Assembly (NCBI GenBank): GCA_964408285.1
Contig: CAYOYV010000002.1
Span: 32,001-96,000, forward strand
Direction of reading: 5' to 3'
DNA length: 64,000 bases
From: an uncultured Nitrososphaerota archaeon
GTDB taxonomy: Archaea; Thermoproteota; EX4484-205; JAAOZO01
Shown here: in pieces, positions 29,132 to 38,441 of the stretch
Position numbering within the stretch: the stretch's first letter is position 1
How the letters are laid out: every line of letters starts with the position of its first letter
The notes under the pieces: generated by a model
What the model saw: the letters and a program-made list of their open reading frames with translations, nothing else
What the model was told of the DNA's origin: nothing
Database searches by the model: none
Position numbers and translations under genes: made by a program

Positions 29132-32008
29132 ATGGTCACAGACGAACCTGGCCCGGACTCTGCCATTCTTGGGCTCCTACCCAAGCCAATGAGACATTCG
29201 CTCAAGGTCTTGGGGATCAAGGAATTGACCGAACCTCAGAGGAGAGCAATCCCTTCAATCATGAGGGGTGAAAACACGCTCTTGATAGCCCCGACCGGAA
29301 GCGGGAAAACAGAGGCTGCCATGATGCCAATACTCAGCACCATGATGGAGTCAAAGAAGGGAGGGGGGATATCATTGCTCTACATTACTCCACTGAGAGC
29401 ACTCAACAGGGACATGTTGAGGAGATTGATCAGTTGGACCAGCAGATTCAGTCTGACCGTTGAGGTAAGACATGGCGATACTCCTACCAAAGAAAGAAGG
29501 AGGCAGGCACTCAAGCCCCCGGACATCCTGATAACGACCCCGGAAACCCTGCAGGCCATCCTCCCTGGAAAGAGAATGCAGAGGAACCTGAAGCGCCTGA
29601 AATGGGTTGTCATTGATGAAGTGCATGAGATAGCCGAAAGCAAGAGGGGCAGCCAACTCTCAATTGCGCTGGAGAGACTTCAAAAGGTAGTCGGAAAGGA
29701 ATTTCAACGCATAGGCCTTTCTGCCACTGTCGGAACTCCGGAAAAAGTAGCTGAGCTTCTTGTCGGCAACGGGAGAAGAGTCAAGACAATTCATGTCCAC
29801 ACGAAAAAGGGGTATAGATACTGGATAAGGTGGCCTCAACCTTCTGAGGAGGACTTTGAACTTTCAACGACGCTATGCACCTCACCAGAGGCCGCTGCAA
29901 GGATAAGCACAATCAAGGAGCTTTCTGACCTGCATCTGTCCACCCTAATCTTCGTCAATAGTAGGCAAATCGCAGAGATGATGTCGCTCAGGCTGAATAC
30001 GATTGACCCGAGGATAGGTATTCACCATGGTTCACTTTCAAGACAGGAAAGGGAGAACATAGAAGATAGTTTCAAGAAAGGAGGTACAAAGGCCATCGTT
30101 TGCACCTCAACTCTCGAATTGGGCATAGACATTGGAACGGTTGACCTCGTCATACAGTACCTCTCGCCACGCCAAGTCGGACCCCTTATACAACGGGTAG
30201 GTCGATCCGGACATAAGCTGGGGTTGACGTCCGAAGGAGTGATAATAACGGCCTTCACGGATGATGCGATTGAGGCCATTGCAGTTGTCGAAAGGGCGGA
30301 AAAGGAATTGGTGGAACCGACTAGAATACACGAGATGGCCCTCGATGTCTTGGCTCACCAGACAGTAGGGCTTGCCCTTGACCAAGGCGGGATCAGGATT
30401 CACGATGCATTCCGGGTCATCTCGAGGGCCTATCCGTTCAGATTTCTGAAGGCCAGGAAATTCAGACAATTCCTAGATTTCCTTTCTGGCCTCTGGCTTG
30501 TCAGGATCCGCGGTGACATCATAATGCCAACCAGGAGATCGAGGCAATTCTACTTCACCAACCTATCCATGATACCAGACGAGAGGAGATACCCGGTAGT
30601 TGATCTCACATCCGACAGGGTGATAGGAATTGTGGGGGAGGAGTTCGTATCGATTAGGGCTAGGTTAGGGCTTCACTTCATCTGTAGGGGAAGAGTGTGG
30701 AACATCGAGCAAATCTCAGACGATGGTCAAATCTATGTGACTCCTATTGAGGATCCTAGAGCGGCTCTGCCCGGTTGGGATGGAGAGATACTCCCGATTC
30801 CATTCGATCTAGCCAATGAGGTGGGAGGTCTAAGACGCGAGATCGCGGATCGCCTCAAGATGGAAGAAGCGGAGAAGGTCGCGGAATACCTCAGAGAGAG
30901 GTTCCATCTGGAGAATTATGCCGCGAAGAGCATAATTCAAGAGATACAGGAGCAAACGAGATCAGGTGCCGCGATCCCAACGGACAAGACCGTCCTGATC
31001 GAAGGTTTTGACAGATATCTGATCATCAATTGCTGTCTGGGTGAGTTGGCAAATCGTGCTCTTGGATACATAATAGATCAGAGGCTTTCAGAAAGAGGTC
31101 TGATAAGGAATTGGTGGGCTGACGGATATAGGATCCTCTTGGAGCTCCCAATCGAGGTAACTGAACTGGACTTCGACCATCTCGCCAAAGGAATACTTCC
31201 ATCGAGTCCAGAAGAGGCAGAACGGGACTTCGCCTCAAGGATGGCTGCGAGATTTCCATTTGGCTATTACATGAAGTTCATTGCTGAGAGGTTTGGTGTC
31301 ATTCAGAGAGGGTTGGCGATGAGTGAGGACAGATTGCTTGATTTGTATAGAAGGTACAATAAGACTCCAATATACGACGAGACGATACGTGAGGTGCTCC
31401 AAGAGAAAGTGGACCTCGAAGCAGTCAAATGCCTGATAGAAGCGGCACAAGAGAAAAGGATTCGTGTTGTGACGCATATATCCAAAGAGAAGCCGACCCC
31501 AATATCCTATCACATATTGAACAGATTCGCTGAGCTGCCTGAGATCATTTCTCCCGAGGGCATGCAAGGGGATTCGCTGGAAAGGATCAGGAACACAATT
31601 TTGCATTCGGAGGTCGAGTTGCTCTGCATGAATTGTGGCAAGAGGTCTGAGCAAAAACACATCTGCGATCTATCTGAAAGGCCAAGTTGTTCATCCTGTG
31701 GTTCAACCCTCCTTGGGATCTTGCCAAGATACAAGAAGTACGTTGAGAGTATTGTCGAAAAAAGGCTGAAGGGAGAGCGCCTTGTGGGCGCGGAACCAAA
31801 TCTCCTTGCTGAGCTCAGAAGGAGTGCGGACATCGTTCATTCATATGGTAGGGATGGGATATTCGCATTGTCCGTCTACGGCATCGGGCCTCAGACTGCT
31901 TCCCGAATACTCTCAAGGATGCATTACAGTCAGGAAGAACTCCTGAAGGATCTGATGGAAGCGAAGCTGAAATTCATTCAAACCAGGCCATATTGGGATT
32001 CCAGATGA
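29132..32008 (+). CDS. lhr: Lhr-family SF2 helicase with C-terminal Zn-ribbon and HhH
   Basis: APTGSGKT, TPLRALNRD, RHGDT, DEVH, SAT, HHGSLS, LELGID, QRVGRSGH; CMNC..CSSC; YGIGPQTASRIL. Confidence 0.93.
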   Translation: MVTDEPGPDSAILGLLPKPMRHSLKVLGIKELTEPQRRAIPSIMRGENTLLIAPTGSGKTEAAMMPILSTMMESKKGGGISLLYITPLRALNRDMLRRLISWTSRFSLTVEVRHGDTPTKERRRQALKPPDILITTPETLQAILPGKRMQRNLKRLKWVVIDEVHEIAESKRGSQLSIALERLQKVVGKEFQRIGLSATVGTPEKVAELLVGNGRRVKTIHVHTKKGYRYWIRWPQPSEEDFELSTTLCTSPEAAARISTIKELSDLHLSTLIFVNSRQIAEMMSLRLNTIDPRIGIHHGSLSRQERENIEDSFKKGGTKAIVCTSTLELGIDIGTVDLVIQYLSPRQVGPLIQRVGRSGHKLGLTSEGVIITAFTDDAIEAIAVVERAEKELVEPTRIHEMALDVLAHQTVGLALDQGGIRIHDAFRVISRAYPFRFLKARKFRQFLDFLSGLWLVRIRGDIIMPTRRSRQFYFTNLSMIPDERRYPVVDLTSDRVIGIVGEEFVSIRARLGLHFICRGRVWNIEQISDDGQIYVTPIEDPRAALPGWDGEILPIPFDLANEVGGLRREIADRLKMEEAEKVAEYLRERFHLENYAAKSIIQEIQEQTRSGAAIPTDKTVLIEGFDRYLIINCCLGELANRALGYIIDQRLSERGLIRNWWADGYRILLELPIEVTELDFDHLAKGILPSSPEEAERDFASRMAARFPFGYYMKFIAERFGVIQRGLAMSEDRLLDLYRRYNKTPIYDETIREVLQEKVDLEAVKCLIEAAQEKRIRVVTHISKEKPTPISYHILNRFAELPEIISPEGMQGDSLERIRNTILHSEVELLCMNCGKRSEQKHICDLSERPSCSSCGSTLLGILPRYKKYVESIVEKRLKGERLVGAEPNLLAELRRSADIVHSYGRDGIFALSVYGIGPQTASRILSRMHYSQEELLKDLMEAKLKFIQTRPYWDSR

Positions 32009-32021
32009 GGAACCGTTCACC

Positions 32022-32029
32022 TTTTTAAG
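32022..32029 (+). promoter_or_regulatory. Putative TATA box for herA-nurA
   Basis: TTTTTAAG ending 28 nt before the herA ATG, inside the 49-nt lhr-herA gap. Confidence 0.5.
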
Positions 32030-32057
32030 CCGTTCGCTAATTCTAGAAGTTGTAATC

Positions 32058-33518
32058 ATGTCGGTCTCCGGTTTGGAAAGGGTTGGCATTGTTGCCAGTG
32101 ATTCAAGTGAGGCAAAGGCCAGGCTTCTCCTTGAGGAATCAAGGGAACTGACCGTGAGAGCGGAGGAATTGGTTGTGATTGAGACTCAGAAAGGCGAAGT
32201 CTTGGGAGTGCTCCGAATAGGGAGTGGAATCAACGAGGCACTCAACCCCAATGCTTACAGGCCAAGCATTGCATACGCCAAGAAGGGAGGAATCCCCTCT
32301 GGAGCCAGGGAGATATATACATTCGACATTCATGTAATGGGCGTAATAACTGAGAAAGGGCTGGAACAGAATCGTCTGATCATTCCCCCAAGGAGCAATG
32401 TCTACATCTTCCCGGAAGCTGCTCGCAATCCCCTGGAACATGTTGCCGTGGGCAAGGAGGTGGTCTGGAACGCCCATCTGGATAGGCATGAGAATTGGAA
32501 GATCCCGTTCGACAAGACATTCCTAGCATACCACATAGGCGTCTTTGGAGCTACAGGTAGCGGGAAGTCATGGTTGACCCGATATGTCATAGTTCCTGTA
32601 CTTCTCGAAGCAGGGATGAAGGTCTTGATGCTTGACTGGGGAGGAGCCGACTATGTACCGCATTACGGAAAGAAAGCTATCTCCATGTCTGATCTCAAAC
32701 TGGACGATGAAGCAATTGTGAGATATCTACTTCAGAAGGCAGAGCACTTCGGCTACACCGGGCAGATGAGGGATTCCAATCCAGTGAGGGAGGCCTTGGA
32801 AGATTTTGTCTCAAAACAATGGGAAGAGGAGTGCAGGAAGGAACCTGAGATGATATACATCGACATGAAGAACTACCTCAGGAATCACATTGATGAGGCT
32901 GTCACCAGAGATGATTTCAGGAGGGCAGCTAGGCGACGCATGGATTATGGCTTCAAGAAACTGGATGCATTTGACTTGGGGGCAGTACGGGGCACTTTGG
33001 CACTGGAGGATCTCATCTCAGACCTGAGGAATGAGGAAGGAGGTCTGAGGGTGATAGATATGAGCTTGGTTGGAAGCGACGAGAAGCTGTCGCTGTTCAA
33101 TTCCCTTGCCAGGTTCTTGGAAGATGAGATGGAAATCGGGAAATCGCTCAACATGGCTCTGATTGTGGATGAAGCCCCCCAATACGCTCCTTGGGAACCG
33201 AGGGGGATTCAGGGTGAGGCGACAGAACACATAAAGAACCTTTGTGCTCTTGGAAGAAAACACAACCTTTGCATGTCACTGATCTCCCAGGGAATAGCGG
33301 GAGACATAGGAATCAACGCAGCAGTGAGGAGGAATCTGAATACTCAATTCTTTGGGGCTCTACATCCGCTTGACATGATGGAGGCTGACAACTGGCTCAA
33401 GCCCTATGGCATTCAGAAGGAATATCTCCTATCCCTTAGGCCAGGTCAATTCTATTTTGTCGGGAAGGCAAATCCCTCTCCAATTCCTCTCCTGATAACC
33501 TTCAGGCCGGAGACCTGA
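32058..33518 (+). CDS. herA: HerA/FtsK-family ATPase (DUF87) with N-terminal HAS-barrel-like region
   Basis: HIGVFGATGSGKS (Walker A), LIVDEAP (Walker B), GRKH Arg finger, ISQ sensor, L.PGQF. Confidence 0.9.
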   Translation: MSVSGLERVGIVASDSSEAKARLLLEESRELTVRAEELVVIETQKGEVLGVLRIGSGINEALNPNAYRPSIAYAKKGGIPSGAREIYTFDIHVMGVITEKGLEQNRLIIPPRSNVYIFPEAARNPLEHVAVGKEVVWNAHLDRHENWKIPFDKTFLAYHIGVFGATGSGKSWLTRYVIVPVLLEAGMKVLMLDWGGADYVPHYGKKAISMSDLKLDDEAIVRYLLQKAEHFGYTGQMRDSNPVREALEDFVSKQWEEECRKEPEMIYIDMKNYLRNHIDEAVTRDDFRRAARRRMDYGFKKLDAFDLGAVRGTLALEDLISDLRNEEGGLRVIDMSLVGSDEKLSLFNSLARFLEDEMEIGKSLNMALIVDEAPQYAPWEPRGIQGEATEHIKNLCALGRKHNLCMSLISQGIAGDIGINAAVRRNLNTQFFGALHPLDMMEADNWLKPYGIQKEYLLSLRPGQFYFVGKANPSPIPLLITFRPET

Positions 33519-33524
33519 TCCCTC

Positions 33525-34724
33525 ATGTCGGAGGACTCACACTCTGCCTGGAGCAAACTGCCCATAGATCTTCAAGAGCAGTTCTACGGCAAAGTGGAGC
33601 AGGAAGCCAGGAGCCTGATAAAGGTCCTACAAGAGAGTGGAGTCGCCCTTGAGGAGGCAAAGCCAAAGATAAGGCCATACATACATGCCTCCACATTCGG
33701 AACCGACACGAATACGAAGATAGGGGCTGTGGATGGGTCATTCTCCCCTAGGGCAAGTGAGAGGATTGGGGGTAGATTCGCGGTGTACTCTGCAGGATTT
33801 CTGATGCTAAAGGACAAAGAGATTACAGATGAAGGCTATTGGGGAGACGATTTCAGACAAGATCAATCATATCCTCATCCTCTATTCACAGCAGGGTTGC
33901 AGGTCATCGAGTCCGAAATCGAGAAGGAAGCTTCACTGCGAGCGTTGGAAAAAAACCCAGACCTGCTTCTCGTCGATGGCGGCTTCCTTGGATTCGCATA
34001 TTCTTTATTCAAGATCAGAAAAGAAACAAGCGTTCCGGATTGGCTGGAGAAAAGAGCCCAACATGCTCTGGAGATGACGTATAGATTGCTGGACTCCGGA
34101 AAGTGCGCAGGAGTTGTCAAGAGGGGAAGAAGCAGAGCAATAGGAGGGTGGCTGTCGATGTTGGCAAGAAGAAGGAGCCCTCTTGTTAGATATCTTGACA
34201 AACAGATATTGTACGCCATGATGTCACCCCCTTCGGTTCTAGATTACGCTGAGATCCTAGGACGGCCGGGTTTCCACAGAACACATACAAGAATCAGTGA
34301 GCTTCTAGACAGTGGAAGAACAACGGACCCAATCGAGGCAATGGAAGAGGCTAAGTTCTGGGCTGTGAACTCAATGGCAAAAGCTCTCGGAACCACCGAC
34401 GAGAGAAAGATCAGGGATTTGGAATCACGCATTAACAGGATTCAAATCAGGGTCAGCGAAGATGCTCCTCCCTTTGAACTGGAGCTGGCAGCAGGTTCCG
34501 AAGACCGAATCATGAGAGCTTTGTTCTCAAGCTCGGATAACTTCAATCGGGCAACTGGACTCCCTATCGCGATAGATCTTGTCGATGAATATGTGTCCCT
34601 CCCCATGGAGTTCACAAAGGAATTCGTGACAGAGGTCGAGGCTAGATTGGCACAAATGTACGAAGGGGATCTAAACGACGTAAAAGGATTTTTCTCGAAT
34701 ATGAATCCTCAGAAAGAGTCGTAG
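33525..34724 (+). CDS. nurA: NurA-family nuclease
   Basis: GAVDGS and LLLVDG acidic motifs, GVVKR, terminal GLPIAIDLVD; 6 nt after herA. Confidence 0.85.
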   Translation: MSEDSHSAWSKLPIDLQEQFYGKVEQEARSLIKVLQESGVALEEAKPKIRPYIHASTFGTDTNTKIGAVDGSFSPRASERIGGRFAVYSAGFLMLKDKEITDEGYWGDDFRQDQSYPHPLFTAGLQVIESEIEKEASLRALEKNPDLLLVDGGFLGFAYSLFKIRKETSVPDWLEKRAQHALEMTYRLLDSGKCAGVVKRGRSRAIGGWLSMLARRRSPLVRYLDKQILYAMMSPPSVLDYAEILGRPGFHRTHTRISELLDSGRTTDPIEAMEEAKFWAVNSMAKALGTTDERKIRDLESRINRIQIRVSEDAPPFELELAAGSEDRIMRALFSSSDNFNRATGLPIAIDLVDEYVSLPMEFTKEFVTEVEARLAQMYEGDLNDVKGFFSNMNPQKES

Positions 34725-34825
34725 GTGGTGTCAGGATAAGCAGATAATACAAGCAAATGTGAGACCAGAGATCGGAATTACGAATCTCTTATATAGCTTT
34801 GGGGCTCTGCCTTAATAGCAGAAAA

Positions 34826-37456
34826 ATGAGAAGAGAAGAAATGGGATTAGTAGGCCTCTCGTTCTTGATTCTCTTACTGTTATCGTATGTCACTCCAAGC
34901 ATGCTCTATATGGCATCAGCTCCTGTGTCCGAACTCGCTAGGACATTTTGGCCAACTGATGATGCCCAAATCTATCAGAAATACCCAGATTCCAACTACG
35001 GTGGTCTTACATGGGTGGCCGTCCAGAGCGCGACTTCTGAGAATTGTCGCGGCTTGCTACGCTTTGACCTGAGCAACATCCCGCCCGGTGCCAAGGTGAT
35101 TTCAGCAAGGGTGTATCTGTTCAAATACATCGCACCTTCGGTATCGAGAACGTACTACTGCCATCCCGCCAGTAGTTCCTGGTCAGAAAGCTCACTAACC
35201 TGGAACAATCAGCCAGGAATATACACAACAGGATCAACCACGGTTATAGGTACGACTCCAAGCACATGGTCAAGCTGGGATGTGGCTTCATCGGTTCAGA
35301 AGTTCGCGGCGAGAGATGCTGCCAGTGCCGCATCAAACTACGGATGGAAGATAGGGGATAATAGTGAAGGTTCGGTCACTACTTATCAATCCTTCTTCTA
35401 TTCGAAAGAACACAGCGATGCTGCATATCGACCCTATCTGAGACTGACATATTATCCCCCTCATCTTGAACTCCAAACATATGGCTCGTCATTCGTTGCC
35501 GGGAATTGGGTCAAGATGACAGTGAATAGGAAGGATTACGATAACAACCCAATAACCAGGGGTAATCTCAATGTCAAGATGACCTCAACTTCAACTTCAC
35601 TGAACAAGAAATTCTCTCTGTCAGAGGGAGGAGCAGCTATTACAAGCTTGGTTATTCCAGACGGTTCAAGCTCCAAGGACTTCTGGTATTATGATGACAA
35701 GGCAGGGACTTGGACAATCCAGGCATTCACTGACGATTACATGTACTACGTGAGCGGAGTTCCCCCGTACATGATATTTGAGATGAACTACGGCGATGAT
35801 AAGGCGCAGCAGACTGTGAATCCGGCCGCTCTGGATCGTTTCGTCCTGAATACGATATCGTCTCCCAAGACTGCTGGGGAAGCCTTTATGATAACTATCA
35901 CAGCAAAGGATGTCTACGGCAACACTGTAACAACCTATACCGGCACGAATTCGCTTTCAGACACGACTGGAACAATGGCGCCACCGTTGACGGGTGCCTT
36001 CGTGTCTGGTGTGTGGTCCGGGAATGTAATCATCAATAAGGTCGCTTCCGCAGTTAGGATTTCAACGTCAGGGGGAGGGAAGACAGGGCAAAGTAACGCT
36101 TTCGATGTGAAGGCTGGCCCCCCAGCGAAAATTGCCATAAAGCCAGCGACATTGACTGCTGCTGCAGCAGTCCAATATTCTTCAATCACACTTTCTATTA
36201 GGGACAGTCACGACTTCAATACTTCAAGTGCCTCGGCGATAGTCATCGCGCTATCTACAACATCCCCTGACGGGGAGTTCAGGAATCCAGGAACTACGAC
36301 GAGGATAACCAGCATCACCGTGCCTCCCGGCGCGACTTACGTGCTTGTTGACTATTTTGACATAAGAGGTGGGACTTGGATACTCACCGCCTCTGCTGCG
36401 GGCTTGAGTTCTGGAACAGCAACGGTCACTGTAATCCCTGATACTAGGCCACCGGAAACCAGCATTAATGCCGGTTCTCCCAAGTATCAGACCAGCACAA
36501 CTCTATATGTTACAGATCTCACAGCATTTACGCTCTCTGCTATTGACGACGCTAGCGGAGTAAAGGAGACCAAATACAGGATAGACACCGGGCCCTGGAC
36601 TCTATATTCAGGAGATTTCAATCTGGGTACGTACTCCGAAGGGACTCACACCATCGGATTTTACAGTGTTGACAGGGCAGGCAATTCAGAGCCTGAGAGA
36701 ACTCTATCCGCTTTCATCGACAAGACACCTCCCCGGGTCCAGATCATAGAGCCAGTGGGATCGGTCGTGGCCAAGACAGCTTCTGTCAGATTTAGGGCCT
36801 CAGTTGTGGAAACAGGTTCTGGCATTGCCACTATTGAGTGCATACTTGATGGAACATCAAAGGGCCCGATGGCAAAGGAAGGAGAGGCATATGCAATTAC
36901 CTTGGATGTTGTGCCTGGAATGCATAGATGGAGTGTTGACGCAGTAGACAATATTGGAAACACCTTGGGGGCAACTGCTGAGACTCAATTCATCCTGACA
37001 ATCGATACTGATCCCCCAGTCATATCAAACGTTGCTCTCTCCCCTCCGTCACCTGTTTGGATGGAGCAAATCAAGGTGTCTGCCTCGATAACAGATGCGG
37101 CATCGGGCCTGAAGCAAGCCACCCTATATTACTCAACCGATAGTGGTGCAACTTGGAGCAAGATCACCATGACTCCGACCGCAGGAGCCTTCGAGGCCAC
37201 AATTCCCGCCCAAGGACCAATGGCGAAGGTACAATACTACATCGAGGCCTCGGACCTGCTTGCGAATACAACCAGAAACTCCACTCAGGAGATCTCAATA
37301 GGAATACCGATCTGGGGTTATGGCGCTGGAGGCCTGATCATCGTGCTGATTCTTATATTCCTACTGACAAGGCTCACGGGTAAGCCTGCTCAGGTGCCCT
37401 CGCCCACTTACCCACCACCCCCTCAGCCCCAACCTCCTCCGCCGCCACCTCCCTAG
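34826..37456 (+). CDS. Cell-surface protein: DNRLRE/CBM96-like domain, Ig-like repeats, C-terminal TM anchor and Pro-rich tail
   Basis: Signal/TM; DDAQI....PDSNYG, GLLRFDLSNIP....ISA.VYL, W.E..LTWN.QP, FYSKE....RPYL; repeated DT.PP Ig starts, YSVDRAGN.E. Confidence 0.85.
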   Translation: MRREEMGLVGLSFLILLLLSYVTPSMLYMASAPVSELARTFWPTDDAQIYQKYPDSNYGGLTWVAVQSATSENCRGLLRFDLSNIPPGAKVISARVYLFKYIAPSVSRTYYCHPASSSWSESSLTWNNQPGIYTTGSTTVIGTTPSTWSSWDVASSVQKFAARDAASAASNYGWKIGDNSEGSVTTYQSFFYSKEHSDAAYRPYLRLTYYPPHLELQTYGSSFVAGNWVKMTVNRKDYDNNPITRGNLNVKMTSTSTSLNKKFSLSEGGAAITSLVIPDGSSSKDFWYYDDKAGTWTIQAFTDDYMYYVSGVPPYMIFEMNYGDDKAQQTVNPAALDRFVLNTISSPKTAGEAFMITITAKDVYGNTVTTYTGTNSLSDTTGTMAPPLTGAFVSGVWSGNVIINKVASAVRISTSGGGKTGQSNAFDVKAGPPAKIAIKPATLTAAAAVQYSSITLSIRDSHDFNTSSASAIVIALSTTSPDGEFRNPGTTTRITSITVPPGATYVLVDYFDIRGGTWILTASAAGLSSGTATVTVIPDTRPPETSINAGSPKYQTSTTLYVTDLTAFTLSAIDDASGVKETKYRIDTGPWTLYSGDFNLGTYSEGTHTIGFYSVDRAGNSEPERTLSAFIDKTPPRVQIIEPVGSVVAKTASVRFRASVVETGSGIATIECILDGTSKGPMAKEGEAYAITLDVVPGMHRWSVDAVDNIGNTLGATAETQFILTIDTDPPVISNVALSPPSPVWMEQIKVSASITDAASGLKQATLYYSTDSGATWSKITMTPTAGAFEATIPAQGPMAKVQYYIEASDLLANTTRNSTQEISIGIPIWGYGAGGLIIVLILIFLLTRLTGKPAQVPSPTYPPPPQPQPPPPPPP
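37412..37453 (+). repeat. Low-complexity CCN tract encoding PPPPQPQPPPPPPP
   Basis: 14 codons before the stop, 12 of them Pro. Confidence 0.9.
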
Positions 37457-37473
37457 ACCCTCTGAGGTCTAGG
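37452..37473 (+). terminator. Inverted repeat over the stop codon (possible 3' hairpin)
   Basis: CCTAGACC-6 nt-GGTCTAGG; no U-tract follows. Confidence 0.35.
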
Positions 37474-37553
37474 CAGCGCGCACGCATACCGAGAGAAGCT
37501 CAAGGTCACACCATATACTTAATATCCAATAAGGAGATTTTCAACGGAATAGG

Positions 37554-38285
37554 ATGAAATACCGTCTGCTTTGCGAGATAGGACCAGATGGTTCCACTCA
37601 GATACTTGTTCAGGATTTACCTGGATGCTATAGCAGAGCCCCGACATTCGACGAGGCAGTCAGGAAGGTGCCAAACAAGATACGAGAATTCCTTGACTGG
37701 TTGAGGATACATGGGGAATCGATTGAGGAAACCCAATATGATGTTGAGACGGAGATATCAGAGACAATAAGAGGATGCTGGCCAGTGAATCTAGGTGACA
37801 GCCAAGCGTTGTTCAATGCAGATCTAAAGCCGCTGAACCAAGAAGAAGTGGATCGTTATCTCAATTATATGAGCTATGCTCGCGAGGACCTAATCGATCT
37901 TTATCTGAGAGTCCCGAAGGATGCGTTGGAATGGAAGCCAGACGATTCAACTCCTAGGAACATAAAACGCATTGCAGAACATGTGGGGGAAGTTGATTTG
38001 TTCTATATCGAGAGACTCAGAGGAAGAAGACACGAAGAATGGCCTCTGAATTTCCTGGAGACGACAGAGGAGACAAGGAAATTGAGGATGCTTGCTCTCT
38101 CGAAAGATGAGAGGAATTGCAGCGTGAGCTATCACCAGCCGGGAGGTTGGACCGGAACAACAAGCCCAGAAGGTTGGACGGCCAGAAAGGTTCTGAGGAG
38201 ATTCATATGGCATGAGAGACTCCACACCGCCACCATGAAGAGGCTCCTCAACCTGTTTGCTCAGCCAAAACAGGGAAAGCCATGA
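37554..38285 (+). CDS. HicB-like domain fused to a DinB/YfiT-like domain
   Basis: DLPGCYS.APTFDEA (HicB-type N-terminus); His triad EHVGEV..FY and WHE.LH (DinB). Confidence 0.8.
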   Translation: MKYRLLCEIGPDGSTQILVQDLPGCYSRAPTFDEAVRKVPNKIREFLDWLRIHGESIEETQYDVETEISETIRGCWPVNLGDSQALFNADLKPLNQEEVDRYLNYMSYAREDLIDLYLRVPKDALEWKPDDSTPRNIKRIAEHVGEVDLFYIERLRGRRHEEWPLNFLETTEETRKLRMLALSKDERNCSVSYHQPGGWTGTTSPEGWTARKVLRRFIWHERLHTATMKRLLNLFAQPKQGKP

Positions 38286-38441
38286 TCTGTCCAACATATT
38301 TCGGAAGCAGTTCATGGGAATTGACAGGACCGCGATGAGCTCACAACGCTAATGTACAATGCGCCGGAAAGGATTCTGCCTTCTGATATTTCTCTGTATG
38401 GACACAGTTTTAAATGAAGCCCCGGGGTGTGACATGATGCG

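Noticed and set aside
37554-38285. HicAB toxin-antitoxin module
   Set aside because: No hicA ORF adjacent, and the C-terminus is DinB-like rather than DNA-binding.
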